A DNA stretch of 64,000 nucleotides from Azolla caroliniana (lineage: Eukaryota; Plantae; Polypodiophyta). Within the stretch, counting starts at the first letter, position 1. Each line of letters opens with the position of its first letter. The stretch spans positions 11,408,001-11,472,000 of the forward strand of contig JBHGNT010000005.1 of the NCBI GenBank assembly GCA_043228905.1, in the 5' to 3' direction. Of the stretch, positions 1 to 13,229 are shown piece by piece. The translations under genes were made by a program, and so were the position numbers. The notes beneath the pieces are model-generated. The model saw only the letters and a list, made by a program, of their open reading frames with translations, was not told the origin of the DNA and did not search any database.

Positions 1-568
1 CTTAAAGATATTTGGTGTAATTACAAGACCAAAAGCCAAATAGTATTTTGTGCTTTAAAAAGGGATGTATGCAAGACTTGAACATTGCACCTCTAAGTTG
101 AGAGTCTATAGGCTTACCATTAAGCCAAATCATTTCTTTAGAGATATATTTTTTATCACTATACTTTTACATGTAATTCTTATACATGAGAGCTTAGATG
201 ATAACATGGCAAGCATGCACTGCATGCATTTCATGCATTCTGTGCATGTCTTGCACCCTCACATGCACCATATACATGGGGGCATCTATAAAAGAGTGGA
301 GGAATCAAGCAAGGGGGGCTATGTATGATTCAAGAATTTAAGAAGAAGAAAATTCGTTATCCAATTGATGGTGTATCTTGTTTCTTAAGTCTAAAGTCAA
401 GGGTTCAATCTTAATCTCTCTCTATCTCTCTCTTGCCATATCAATCTCTCTCTTTCAATCTATCTTAAATACTTTCTCGCTAAACTAGTGCAAACTTCGA
501 ATCCTTCCGGTCTAGGACCCCGGTGGTTCTACCTCACGATCCACACATAGTGATGGATCTTTACGACA
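1..568 (+). mobile_element. 3' part of an LTR of the gypsy G-related family, inserted into the 5' LTR of copia A
   Basis: Ends ...GGATCTTTACGACA. Its last ~65 nt align with the end of the gypsy G LTR (~58122-58189, ...GGATTTTTACGACA). It is immediately followed by copia A LTR sequence starting CCGT. Confidence 0.75.
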
Positions 569-766
569 CCGTATGGACTTTTATAAAAGTGCTCTATGAG
601 CACATCCTCTGTACAGAGTTTACACATTATTCGAATTTAGTTTTTTTTGTGTGGTAAATCCCTCTCTGTCTTTCCCGCATACATTCTGTCTTAAGCTCTC
701 CATTAAATCTGTTTTTCTCTATCGGTATTCTGTGTTTCGTAAAGCTTCCACACATAACATTTCACA
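569..766 (+). repeat. Copia A 5' LTR (right-hand remnant)
   Basis: Aligns with 43899-44096, ends in CA and is followed by the PBS. Confidence 0.85.
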
Positions 767-778
767 TGGTATCAGAGC
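767..778 (+). promoter_or_regulatory. Copia A primer-binding site (tRNA-iMet)
   Basis: TGGTATCAGAGC directly after the LTR. Confidence 0.9.
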
Positions 779-874
779 GCGAGGGTTGAGAACCTCTGCA
801 GCCGACTTCAGCTCAAAACAGAAAAAACTAATCTCCGTGAAGAACAGAAAGAAAAAAATAAAATGCATAAAGGT

Positions 875-1621
875 ATGGCTAGTTCGCTTCCAACTGAGAA
901 GCTCGACAGAAGTAACTACGCATCTTGGTCATACAAGATGCACCAGTACCTGCTCAGACATGGATACTGAAGCTATGTCGATGGAGTGAATGATGCAGCA
1001 CCTGAATCGACACACAGAGACTTCTCGGCCTGGGAACAGTTGGCGAGCAGAGTTCTCTACTGCTTCACGTCCTTTGTGAGTAAACAACTCTTGATCTACA
1101 TTCGGGATGCAAGAATGTTGAAGGATTCTTGTGGAAATCTAAAAAAGATTTTCGCCGGAAGCACCACAGCCATGAAGCTCCAACTCCGATAGGAGTTGAG
1201 CAATGTGCATCAACATGACATGACGGTGGCTGACTACACCTCCAAGATAAAGGATATCTATGACTCCCTTGCCTCCATTGATGTGAACGTTGAGGAGAGC
1301 GATATGGTGCAAGTCTGCCTTGGAGGATTGGCGTCGAAGTTCGAAGCATTCCGAACTGCTATTTCGTTTTTCGACTTGCAGTCGATGCTCCTTGTAGAGG
1401 AGAATCACGCAGGTGCATTGACGAGTACGCACGCCGACATCAAGATGTTATACACGAAAGGAGATAGGCCCCGTGGTCATGGTGGACGAGTCGAGTCGGC
1501 GCGCAATGGAGGCGGCCGACAGGAGCAAGGAAGAAGGCATTGTGGTGATGCTGACAACAATTCCGGACCCTCCGAAAGTAGGGGGAGTCGAGGAGGCAAC
1601 AAGAACCGGCAAGGGAAAGAC
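875..1621 (+). pseudogene. Copia A gag, N-terminal part (stops and frameshifts)
   Basis: MASSLPTEKLDRSNYASWSYKMHQYL..., KLQLR*ELSNVHQHDMTVADYTSKIKD. Interrupted by copia B. Confidence 0.85.
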
Positions 1622-2293
1622 TGTTGGGATTTCGGTCCCTCCGGATGGGATGTCCGGAGATGAATGACGGCAAGCCCGGTTGCGGTTACGGAACCGGAGG
1701 ATGAAGAGTACCCGGCATGAAGCTGGATGAAGAGTACCCGGCTATGGATCCGGATGATGAAGACCCCGGCTACGGAGCCGGATGCTGAAGACCCCGGCTA
1801 TGGAGCCGGATGACGAATGTACCCGGAGAGAGATCCGGATGCGGGGACATATTTGTGAATATGTTTGCCAAGGGCCCTTGAGGCTATATTTGTAAATAGC
1901 CCGAAAGTCATATGTGTATAAATATGACTTAGGGCAAATAGTTTAGTTTGTTGTTGCTCATTTTTCTGTTTTCACTTAGAGAGAGCGAAGTGAGAGCAGC
2001 CGAGAGAGAGAGTGAGAGAGAGAGAGACGAAGAGGTCGTTGCCTCTGTGTATTACCGCCGCCTGTGGCGAAGACAGTGAGCTCAAGGTTGTTGCCTTGTA
2101 GCTTCACCATTGTACATCTCTGTTTATAGTGATAGTTGGAGTTTGAGGACTCCCGTGGTTTTTCCCATTTAGGGTTTTCCACGTAAAACATCCTGTGTAC
2201 TCTTCTCTCTATTGTCCTCGTGCATTTTTTGTATTTCCCATTTTCTGTGAGTTGATCCTATTCCTCGGTTGTGACCGAGCACTGTGTTCAACA
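1622..2293 (+). repeat. Copia B 5' LTR (672 bp) with 28-30 bp tandem repeats in U3
   Basis: Near-identical to 14963-15606 apart from one extra 28-bp unit and about 4 C/T changes. Confidence 0.95.
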
Positions 2294-2296
2294 AAG

Positions 2297-2309
2297 TGGT
2301 ATCAGAGCG
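2297..2309 (+). promoter_or_regulatory. Copia B PBS (tRNA-iMet)
   Basis: TGGTATCAGAGCG 3 nt after the LTR. Confidence 0.9.
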
Positions 2310-2324
2310 ACGGTAACACAGAAA

Positions 2325-3850
2325 ATGGAAGGCGGCGGTAGTGGGCCTCCGGGCATGATGGTGTTGAACTCACAGAACTACGCCGACTGGAAGATAAAGA
2401 TGGAAGACCTTCTCATCGTCCGAGACCTGTACGAACCGATCGACAATGCCGAGATACCCAAGGGAGTAATAGAGTCGGAGTGGAAGCTCCTGAACCGGAA
2501 AGCCGTAGCGACGATCCGGCAATATGTCGATGTAAGTGTCCTGCAACATGTGGCGAACGATACGAACGCCTATGAGATGTGGCAGAAGCTGTCCGGACTG
2601 TATGAGAGGAAGATTGCTCTGACCCGGACCTCCCTGATGAGGAAGATAGTGAATCTTAAGTACCGGGACGGCGAGAGCATGGTCGAACACGTCAGCACGT
2701 TCATGGGATTCGTGAACCAGCTTGCGGCGATCAAGTTCCCGTTGGATGACGCAATGCAAGCCATCATGCTGATGTGTACCCTTCCGGAGAGCTGGGAGAA
2801 CTTGGTAGTTACTCTCAGCACCTCCTGTAAGGAAGAGAACTTGTCTTTACTAACGGTAAAGACAAGTATCCTAAATGAAGAAGCGCGTCGGAGAGATAAA
2901 GAACCGGCCTCCGACTCGAAGGCGCTGCTTACCGAATCGGAACGGGGAAGACAACGGAACCGAAGTCCGCAAAGACGGGAGAAGTCGGGGACACGGTCGC
3001 AGTCGAGGGGAAGACCTACATGCTTCTACTGTGGGAAGCCGGGGCACTTCCAGAAGAACTGTCGGCATTTCCGGAAAGACAACGGAACCGACGGTACCGA
3101 TTCGAAGAAGTCACCGGAGCGAAACGGTGCATACCGGGGAGCCGCGGACCGGAGAGGTCCGGATCGGCGAGGGCAGGACCGGAAAGGAACGACGGCACTC
3201 GCGGCAAGTGAAGAAGAGATAATGCTCATTACCGAAGAGAGGGAGCTGAACCTTGCCGGTGAAGAGATGACCTGGGTGGTCGATTCCGGAGCGTCGTTCC
3301 ACCTGACCCCGGAGAAGAAATACTTCTCATCCTACACAGCCGGTGAGCACGGCTGTGTCCGGATGGGAAATGAAGGTACATGCCGGATTGCCGGCATAGG
3401 AGACGTGTGGCTGATGACATCAACCGGATGCAAGATGCTGCTGAAGGATGTTCGACACGTTCCGGAGGTTCGATTGAACCTGATTTCGGCCGGGAGGCTA
3501 GACAATGAAGGCTACACGGGTAGCATCCGGAACGGTGTCATGAAGTTCAGCAAAGGGAGCCTGATAGTGGCTCGGGCCCGGAAGGTCAACACACTGTACC
3601 TGATGAATTCCCGGCTATGTCCGGAGGAGCTGAACGTGGCAGCTGACACTACCGGTGAGTTGTGGCACAAGAGACTGTGCCACATGAGTGAGAAGGGGAT
3701 GAAGAGGCTTGCCAAAGACAACCTGATACCAGTAAAGCACGTACAACTGGGGAAGTGTACCGACTGTCTGGCCGGTAAGCAAAACCGGACCTCCTTCCGC
3801 TCAAGACCACCGATGAGACGTAGTGTACCATTGGAGTTGGTACACACTGA
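2325..3850 (+). CDS. Copia B gag-protease-integrase N-terminus (truncated by gypsy C)
   Basis: Open ORF with zinc knuckle CFYCGKPGHFQKNC, protease WVVDSGASFH, GAG-pre-integrase LWHKRLCH...C..C and IN start LELVHTD. Confidence 0.9.
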
Positions 3851-4269
3851 TGTTACCGGCCGGCAAGGAGTCCAAAATACGGAGTGAAGGAATTAATTAA
3901 GTATGGTTGTAAATAAGCATAGTGTGGACGGACGGACTGGAAACGGTATGCCGTTCCAGATCCGGACGGATCCCGAATGGGTGCGATAGGCACCGTTTTG
4001 TACTACGGGCCGGAAACCTATTTAAAGGCCCGGACCCCATTGTAATCGCAGCGGATAATGAATAGAGCTTATGGTGTTTATACTTCTGTCTTGATTTCCG
4101 TTCTGTAATTACTGTTATATCTTACGCGTGTAATTAACAAAAGCGCTCTAATCGTGTAACTTACGTAAGTCGGTGTAATCGTTGAATCTTAATCCTATGC
4201 CGTAACCACCCTTTGGTGAAGTGTCTCCGTGACACCTTGTGTTAGGCCTTGTCCGGTCAGAGAATAACA
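3851..4269 (+). repeat. Gypsy C 5' LTR
   Basis: TGTTACC...AATAACA, repeated at 13270-13688. Confidence 0.95.
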
Positions 4270-4275
4270 CAGTTT

Positions 4276-4286
4276 TGGCGACCACG
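4276..4286 (+). promoter_or_regulatory. Gypsy C PBS (probably tRNA-Arg(UCG))
   Basis: TGGCGACCACG 6 nt after the LTR. tRNA assignment is from recalled plant tRNA-Arg 3' ends. Confidence 0.7.
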
Positions 4287-4322
4287 ATTCCTACTTTCTC
4301 GCAGCGAACGACGGCTTAATGG

Positions 4323-7300
4323 ATGACGAGACCAACGCACGACCTGGTTACAGACCGAGCTCGACGCCTCGCCGAACGGCAAAGACGGCGTGAGACTTTC
4401 TAGCAAGCAGCGCACGAAATTCGCTCGGATCGTTCGTTCTCCAACGAGATCCGGAGAGTCGCGGAGGAATCTCTTCGGTTAGAGCAAACTCGCGACCAGG
4501 ACGACGGAAGCAGTCTAAGCAGTCTCCGGGAAACCGAACGCCTTCTCGAGGCGCTGGCAAGCGGAGAAAACGAGGCAGAAGCCTTTTCAGCCTACGAATC
4601 GGACTCCGACGGGGGATACAGCGTGCACACGAACTACCGGAGCAGCAACGATACCCCCGGCGGCCCGGAGGACGACGGGTCGGATACCGTGCCGACTCCA
4701 GAACCGGAACCGCTCGACCAGGGCTATCCGGAACCGCAAACGGAAGCCGTCAACCCACCAACACCGGAAGTGGAAGAAGCAAAGCCACCGACACCAACGA
4801 AAGAGCCGGCGAAAGTACCGGAAGACGAGCCGATGAAAGAACCGGAAAAAGAACCGGAAGAGGAACCGGAAAAAGCACCGGCAAAACCACCGGAAGTGGA
4901 ACCGGAGAGAAAACCGGAAAGATATCAACAAACGCCACTAAACCGCGGCCTAATACTGGACGACGACATGCCGTTCCAATACTCAAAGTATCGCGATGAT
5001 CCGGACGCGGAAGCGCATGTTCATGCCTTCGAGCAGACATGGGAAGCAAATCACACGTCCCAGCGAATGACACCGGAGGAAGAAGAACGCTCGAAGATAG
5101 CGGAATTCGGGGTCACGTTGGAAGGACCAGCGACACGATGGTGGCGGACGCAGGACCCGGCGACCATCACAACCTTTGCAGAATTAAAAGCAAAATTCTT
5201 GCATTTTTTCCACAAGGAGGTCGACCAGACGACAATGGTGGGCCTGTTTTATACGATCCGACAGGAGGCAGGGGAAAGCATTCCCCAATTCGTCATCCGT
5301 TTCCAACGAATGCATAGCCAGCTTGCCCGTGCACCCCCGGAGGAGGAATTACGGACGATATTTTTAAACGCACTCCGGGAACCGTTACGCACGGTGTGTA
5401 CGGTAATCGACTTTCGAGGAAGCACCATTGACCAGGTCATTGACCGGGTCAGAGAAATGGAAAAGACAAGCTCATGGCTTACACTGGGAACACTGCAACG
5501 GGCGTTACCCACCGAGGAAGATGTCCGGTTCCGGCAGGCAATTCAATGCACAATCTGCTTGAATGCCGGACACTCGGCAGTGGAGTGCACCATGCGAACC
5601 CAGTGCGTGATTTGTCAATCCAAGAGTCATACAACGGACCGGTGCGAGTATAACCTGTTAAACCGACAAGCACCACCCGTCCGACGGATCGAGCCAAGAA
5701 GCAGCCGAGACGAAGATGACGATCGTTGGCAAAGAATGAACCGGTACCGACCGGCACAGGATGCCCGGTACGGAGATAGACAAGAGAATGATGGCCGGTA
5801 CGGGAATCGGCATGATAACGACGACCGGTATGAGCGATCGGACCGTTATCGGGAGTCCAACAGACGACACGAGCAATACGAAAGAGACCATTCCCCTGGT
5901 TACCGGAAGCACCAAGAGGACTACGGCCGATTTTACGATCCACCACGACCGGACTACCGCAATAAAAATAAGAATAATAAGAAACGTAATTTCAAGAAAG
6001 GTGGTCACCCTAGGGACCCGGAACATGGAACCCCAAGGAGCCAACCGGCACAGAATGCACCACTCACTACGGGACCGACTCCGGCTACCAGCAATACCCG
6101 TAAAGAGTACTGCTACTACTGCAGGCAGGAAGGCCACTACAGTAACCAGTGCCCGGTAAAGAGCTACGAGAAACGACCAGCAGTTAATATGGTGGTTCCG
6201 GAAGTGACGGATGTACAGCAAGTAACCACACGGTCGAAAGGCATGGCCAAAGAGTGGGAAACACAAGAGGCCATACGAAAACAGGCGACGGAATGGGTGA
6301 AGGAAGCCAATGAAAGGAACGTCGCGGACGTGGAACGGCAAAAGGCGAATACCATAGGGAGTGCCGGCGGTAGCCACGCAGAAAACGAGACATGGCAAGC
6401 ACTGCAAGAATGTCAGATCACGTTGCCATTAGGAAGACTCTTGCAGCTCGTGCCGCGATTTACGGAAGGACTAAAAACGGTCATGACAGACGGTATAGCC
6501 CCACCGGCACCAGTCTTCTTCTCGAATCCGGAGGAGAGACCGACGGTGGTGGACACTAGTAGTCCGGTGATTACAGCTATTGTCAAAGGGCACGAACTTC
6601 CCGGCACAGTAATCGATGGAGGTTCCGGGGTGAACGTAATAAGCCTCCGCACGTGCGATGCCTTGGGTATACATGAATGGGAGCCATGTCCGTTCTGGCT
6701 ACGGATGGCGGATACGAGCTCTGTACGGCCGACGGGCTTAATACGGAAATTGGAAGTCACCATAGGAGGTCACACATTTCACATCTCGGTTGTAGTGCTG
6801 CAGCTACAGGCGCAAGCCGCGTACCCACTGTTGCTAGGCAGACCATGGTTGAAAACAGCACACATCAAGCAAAATTGGCGGAAAAATATGATTACCTTCC
6901 GGCGCGGAAAAGCCAAGGTCCGGGTACCGACACAACCACGGACGAGCAACGGTAAGGAATGCACACCGCTGTATGCGGAATGCGTGAACATGCTTGAAGG
7001 GTTGGCTGACGACGAAGAAGCCCAGTACTTGGAGGAACACCCGAAGATCGTACCACTCTTTGAGATTGACGTAGCTGAAGTCGTAGCGCCATACTTGCCA
7101 CAGCGGGACGAAACCGAAGCCGAACCAGACAAAGATGCGATTCGGGAATTACGGCAAGCACAGGAAGCGTTGGAACGGGAAATGGCCGTTTCCCAACGGG
7201 TAAAAGCATCCCAGCTCGACGAAGTGAACCTAGGAAGCAAGGACGAATCAAAGCCGGTACACATCGCCAAAGAAATGAAGCCGGAAGATAAAGCGGCGAT

Positions 7301-10190
7301 GATCAAACTTCTCACGGAGTTTCGCGACGTATTCGCCTGGTCATACGAAGACATGCGAGGGCTGGACCCTCAATTATATCAGCATCAGATCCACTTAGGC
7401 AAGGATGCGAAACCAGTGGCGCAAAGACGTTACCGAATGAACCCCAACTACGCCGCCAAAGTGAAGGAGGAAATCGACAAACTCCTAAGAGTGGGCTTCA
7501 TCCGGCCGGTAAAGAAAGCGACGTGGTTGAGCCCCATCATCGTCGTCCCAAAGAAGAACGGTAAAATCCGCGTGTGTGTAGATTACAGGAAACTAAATGC
7601 CGCCACAATTACGGATGCATTCCCTCTTCCGTTCACAGATGGAGTACTGGATGCCGTCGCCGGCCATGAAGTTTATAGCTTTTTAGACGGGTTTAGCGGA
7701 TACAATCAAATCCGGATGCACCCCGACGACCAGGAGAAGACAGCGTTCGTCACCGAATGGGGGGTGTTTGTGGCCGAAGTAATGATGTTCGGCCTAAAAA
7801 CGGCACCAGCAACTTTCCAGCGAATCATCATGGAGATCTTCGGCGAATACATTCCTGCCTTCATGCAGGTTTTCCTGGATGATTTTGCAGTCTATAGCCG
7901 AGGAAAAGACCATTTGCAGCACCTACGGTTATGCCTTGAAAAGTGTAGGTTATACCGGCTAAGCTTAAACCCAGCAAAATGCATCTTTGGAGTTTCAAGT
8001 GGAATCTTACTGGGACACATTGTAAGTAAGGAGGGCATTGCGGTCGACCCGGACAAAGTAAACGCGATACTAGGGGCACCGGCGCCGAAAACGGCCAAAG
8101 CACTAAGCCGATTCTTAGGACAGATTCGGTGGCACAGCCGGATGCTCCGTCACTTGGCTGACTTGGCTACACCATTACACACCGCGGTACATCGGACACC
8201 GTTCCAATGGACGGATACGGAGGATAAGGCATACAATGCCCTGAAGGTACTTTTGTCGCAAGCACCCGTCGTGCAGCCTCCGGATTGGAGCAAGGAATTT
8301 CATGTGTTCGTGGACGCTTCCGACATCGCTATCGGCAGCGCCTTAATGCAACTTACGGAGCCCAAATGGTACCGGCCGGTATATTACGCCAGCCGGAAGC
8401 TGTCCCAAGCGGAGAAGAACTATTCGACTACGGAACGGGAGGCCCTGGGCATGATCTACAATGTCACAAAGTTTCGTCATTACCTATTGGGAAGGAAGTT
8501 CTCCTTTCATGTGGATCACTCGGCGCTCCTGTACTTAGTGTCCAAGGCGTCCCTGACCGGTAAGTTGGCCCGTTGGACCTTGCTGTTGCAGGAGTTCGAA
8601 TTCGAGATCTTCCACCGGCCCGGTATCCAGCATGCCGTAGCAGACTATCTGAGCCGGTTAGAGTCCGGAGAATCAGGCGACGGAGTAGCGGATGAATTCC
8701 CGGACGCAGAGTTATTCCGTATCACCCCGGAAACGGCAGCGGACGACACGGTGGCATCAGAAGATAGGTGGCTGACAAACATGCACCAGTTCCTAAGCAC
8801 GGGCCTGCCACCGGAGGAAATGAACCGGGACGAGAGGAAACGACTGGCAGTGCAGAGCCGCAATTTCTGTCTGTTACGGGACACTCTCTACCACAAAGGA
8901 GCAGATGGAATATGGAGACGGGCAGTCCGTAGTGACGAGAAACAAGTAATCTTACGGGAAGCACACTGTGGGGTTGCCGGAGGACACTATGCCGGGGCAA
9001 CGACGGCAAGGAAAGTATGGCAGAGCGGCTTATGGTGGCCCACGACGTTAAAAGACGCCGTCAAGTATGCTAAGGAATGTGACCTATGCCAACGAATGGG
9101 CCAGCCTACGGAGCAAGCACGGATGCCACACCAACCGGTACTTCCACTAGAGCCATTCCAGAAGTGGGGGTTGGATTTTGTCGGACCGTTCAAGCCACCG
9201 GCAATGAGAACGGGTAATCGTTATGTCATCGTGGCAACAGATTATTGCACTAAATGGGTGGAGGCTAAGGCCTTGAGAGACAATACCGCGTCATCCACAG
9301 CAAAATTCCTGTACGAGAACATTTGGTGCCGATATGGATGTCCGATTGAATTAATCAGCGACCAAGGAGGGCACTTCCTCGGACAGGTAGTGGAAAGCTT
9401 AACAACGTTCTATGCCGTGGTTCATAAACGGAGCACACCGTACTACCCACAAGCGAACGGGTTAGCAGAGTCCACCAACAAAACGCTGCAGAACATTCTC
9501 CGCAAAATCGTCAATGAAAACCTGACGGACTGGGATACAAAGCTCCATAGCGCGCTATGGGCGTACCGGACGGCATACAAAACAAGTATCCGGACAACGT
9601 CGTTCCGGTTAGCGTTCGGCTTAGAGGCGGTCATGCCGGTGGAATTTCAGGTACCAAGCTTACGGATCCAACTACGGGAACGGCTGAATGAAAAGGAGTC
9701 GGAAGAAAGGCGGCTAGCAGCACTATGCGAACTGGAGGAGCAACGGCTGGCCAGCATCCTACACATGGAACTGGAGCAACGACGACGGAAAGCGTTCGTT
9801 GACCGTCACCGGAAAGGTAATGAAAAGATGTTCGAAATCGGAAAGCCGGTGCTAGTATTCCAAACGAGGATGGGCAAGATGTCGGGTAAACTCCGGTTTA
9901 GATGGACAGGCCCGTATTGGCTGACACGGGAATACAACGGGTCCTATCAGATAGGGACACTTGCCGGTGAAGTACTAGGCAAGTGGGTGAACGGATTTAG
10001 ACTAAAGCCCTATAAAGGACCGATGCCAAATAACCCGTTTATGCAGCCCACCGGCACTATACCGGGAACCTGTCCGGGAACGGTACGGATGGAAGAAAAA
10101 GACGACGGGGAACCCGTAGCAGAGGCGAAGGAAGACACGGCAACCCGTAAGGAAAACGGTAAGGGTCCGAAGGGACCTACGGATGTGTAA
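4323..10190 (+). CDS. Gypsy C gag-pol polyprotein (one premature TAG at 4401-4403)
   Basis: ATG 4323 is in frame with the 1855-aa ORF. Three CCHC knuckles, protease VIDGGSG, RT FLDD, RNase H VDAS, integrase HHCC and WGLDFVGP/SDQG. Confidence 0.93.
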
Positions 10191-10572
10191 GATCACATAC
10201 CGTCATTAAAAAGAGAAAAAAAACAAAGAAAAAAAAAAGAAAAAAACATTAAAAATCGAGGTATGAACGGACGTGAAAGCAAGGAGCGAAAAGGTACGTA
10301 GTGGGCATTTAAGAGCCGCCACGTTACTTAATACTAAATCGGTACACGACGTGCGCATGCTCGAAAAAGGCGCCAAGACGCACAGAGAAAAAGAAGAACG
10401 AATGGAGACCTTCTTTTTTCGCGAGCCAAGAAGCACAGAAGCACCAAGGCAGTGGAAGCTTAGCAAACGCGAACCTGCACTCAGAGAACCCCCGCGTTCA
10501 GAACGCTCTCTCTCTCGCTCTCACTCTCATCAGCACTCTACCTCGCCATCTTTCCTCGACCTCGAAGCAGAC

Positions 10573-13217
10573 ATGGAACCACAAACGCTGTCGGAAGCGG
10601 CCAGGAAATGGTTCAGGCAACACGGACTGGATGGGTTCTTGACCATCATGGAGGCACCACCGCACAAAGAAGCCGACCGGGTCATCAAGGAGCTCGACAC
10701 AGAAGTCATCACCGACGAGGCGATCCGTGCGCTAACAGGCCTTCCGGAGGGAGGTATTTTTCAGATTGATAACCCAACCTCTGAGCAACTCATCCGATAT
10801 TTCGGTGAGTACTCTGTAGCCGGCAAAGGCTATCGAACGCAGGGCGGTGAAGATCCGCTATTCAGGGAGATAGCTCGAGTGCTCCATGAGTACGGCCACG
10901 TGTACCCCCGACCCCCTGTCATGCCGAAAAATCGGGCAGGGATGATCATAGCCACCTATGAAGGGATCAAGGTGGACTGGCCGGTGTTGATTGCAGACGG
11001 TTTGTGCGCGGCAATCGACATGGTACGAGGGAAGGACGGCAAGGAGGGCTGGAAGCTGTGGCATGCCGTAGCACAGTGGATAACATTGCTCGTGCCGCCA
11101 GTCGAGACCGTTCAGCCAAAGAAGCGGCCAAGATTATCGGAAGGAAGCACCTCGAAACCCGCGTCCAAACGACAGCAGCTGCTGGCGTCGAAGGCGACGA
11201 AAGGGAAGAAACGGCTCCCAGAACCGGAGGAGGTGTCACCGGTGGGACCCGTTAAGATAACCATACGGCGATCGGGACAGAAGGAACCGGAACCCTTGAC
11301 GGCACAGAAACATGCCGTTACCCAGGAAGAGGAAACGGAGGAGCCAGAAGAGCAGCTCCAACGACGGTCAAGAAGTAGGACCGCCGGGACAGCGGGGGAG
11401 CGTTCGGACCCGCAAAAGGAAGAGACGCCCCCAACTCAACCTGAGCAAACCGCAAGGGAGGAACCGGAACCGGTGCGTATACAAGAAGTCAGTCCAACGG
11501 CTCCGGAGACGGCGAGAACCGGAACTCAACAGCCGGCGAGCCCAGCCAGCACACACGGCGGCCAAGGAGTAGAACCAGAACGGCAGATATAGGCACTCAG
11601 GCCAGACAACTCCACAGGGAACGAGCCGACCCGACCGGTACAGCAGCAAGGCACCAGTAGCATGTGGCTACGGTGGGTAGGCGAGCAGATCGCCGGAGCG
11701 GTCGAGTACATAGAGGCGGAGGAGAGAGCGCACCACGAACGGTTGCTCGTCACAACCGTAGATCTAGAGACGGCCCGGTCCAGAATCCGGAGCCTTGAAC
11801 AAGACTTGGACAGGGTCACAAGGGAAATGGCTCAATTAGCTTTGACAACACAAGTCCAAGCACCGGTGACTCCGGGCAATGTACAGAATATAGCGACAGA
11901 TCAACCTGTACATAGCAATCAGACCCCGGCAACGGAACCGTTCCGGAGAGAAATGCGGCACAAGCCCAAGAGCTTGCAGACTTAAAGGATGAGCTAGCTG
12001 CCCAAGAAGCGCTGAGGAGCCGCGAAAGAGAATTGAAGACGGCAGCAGAGGCGGAACTCAAAAAGACTGCTGAGAATCTACGCCGGGCCGAGGAGAGCTT
12101 ACGAAAAGGCCACCAAGCGTACGACCGGCTTAAGGAGGAAAAGGAGAAAATGCTGCAAGAGAAGGACAGGTTCCGGAGAAACGCCGAAACAGAAGTAGAG
12201 CGCCTGAAAGAGGAACTCCGGCAGCTAAAGGACCGGGAGGACCGAAACCATCGCCAGATCAACGGCAAGCTCAAACAAAAAACGGAGGAATTTGAGCACT
12301 TGCACCGGGAGTATAAACGGTTGCAAACGGAGCACAAGGAACGGACGGATGAGCTCCGGCAAGCAGTTGATCGGACCGCAACGGCATACGCTAATGAACA
12401 AGCGGAAAACAGAAGACGGTTGGAAGAGGTGGAGAAGGTTCGGACAGAGCTCCTCAGGCAACAGCAGGCGGAAAAAGAAAGAGCGGCGGAGGTACTGTAG
12501 AGGCTGCAGACAACATATCAAGGGCAGCTGACGCGCTACAAAGAGCAGGCGGAGGATACGGCGAATCTCATCAAGCAGTTGAAGGAGGAACGACAAGTTG
12601 TGGAAAGTAGAGCGCAAATGGGAGCAAGTCGCATCCAGGATATAATGCGGGCCTGGTTGAACCAGACCAAGAGCTTGATTGACAACGGGTCCGTCAAATG
12701 GTGGACGAAGTGGGCCACGAACGCGGCGGAACTCCAATTGCTCCGGGCCGACGTAGAGAACCGACGGAAGGAGGGAGATGATTGCTATATGCTGACTTCC
12801 GAAGACTTCACCGGCATAAGAGATGAGCTGGCCGAAGACTTTCAAGCCTTGGCAGAGGACCAACTAGGGCAAGTCCGGCAACTTGTAGCTCAGCTGGACG
12901 ACGACAGGCTGGAGGCACAGATCCAGTTTGAAAGCTACGAGAGGTCCCGGATCCGGGAAGAGAAAGCACGAGAACCGGTTACGGTCAACCTCAGTGATGA
13001 GGAACCGTTACTGGAAGGAGACCGGACCGGAAGCAGTCAAACGGAGATGCCGGAGTCAGAGAAACAAACGGAGCAGCCGCCTATAGAGCAGCCGGAGCAG
13101 CCGCAGTCCCAACCGCAACCACAACAGCAGCAGCAAGCACAGCCGCAACAACCACAACCGGAAGAACAATTGGAAAATCTGGAACAAAGTATTTTGGACA
13201 ATTTGGGTGAACAATGA
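10573..13217 (+). pseudogene. Gypsy C ORF2 (~880 aa; globular N-terminus, long coiled coil); two TAG stops and one frameshift near 11945
   Basis: ORF pieces 10273-11592, 11662-11985, 12033-12500 and 12579-13217 join. Homologous to ORF2 of D and E (YFGEYS...YxTxGGxDxxFxExA). Confidence 0.85.
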
Positions 13218-13229
13218 AGGGGCCGAGAA

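Noticed and set aside
4401-4403. Programmed stop-codon readthrough (TAG CAA GCA) in C gag
   Set aside because: The stop is only 26 codons in and is more simply a CAG>TAG deamination, like the other stops.
10273-13217. ORF2 as a retroviral-type env
   Set aside because: No signal peptide or transmembrane helix is visible; the product is hydrophilic and coiled-coil.
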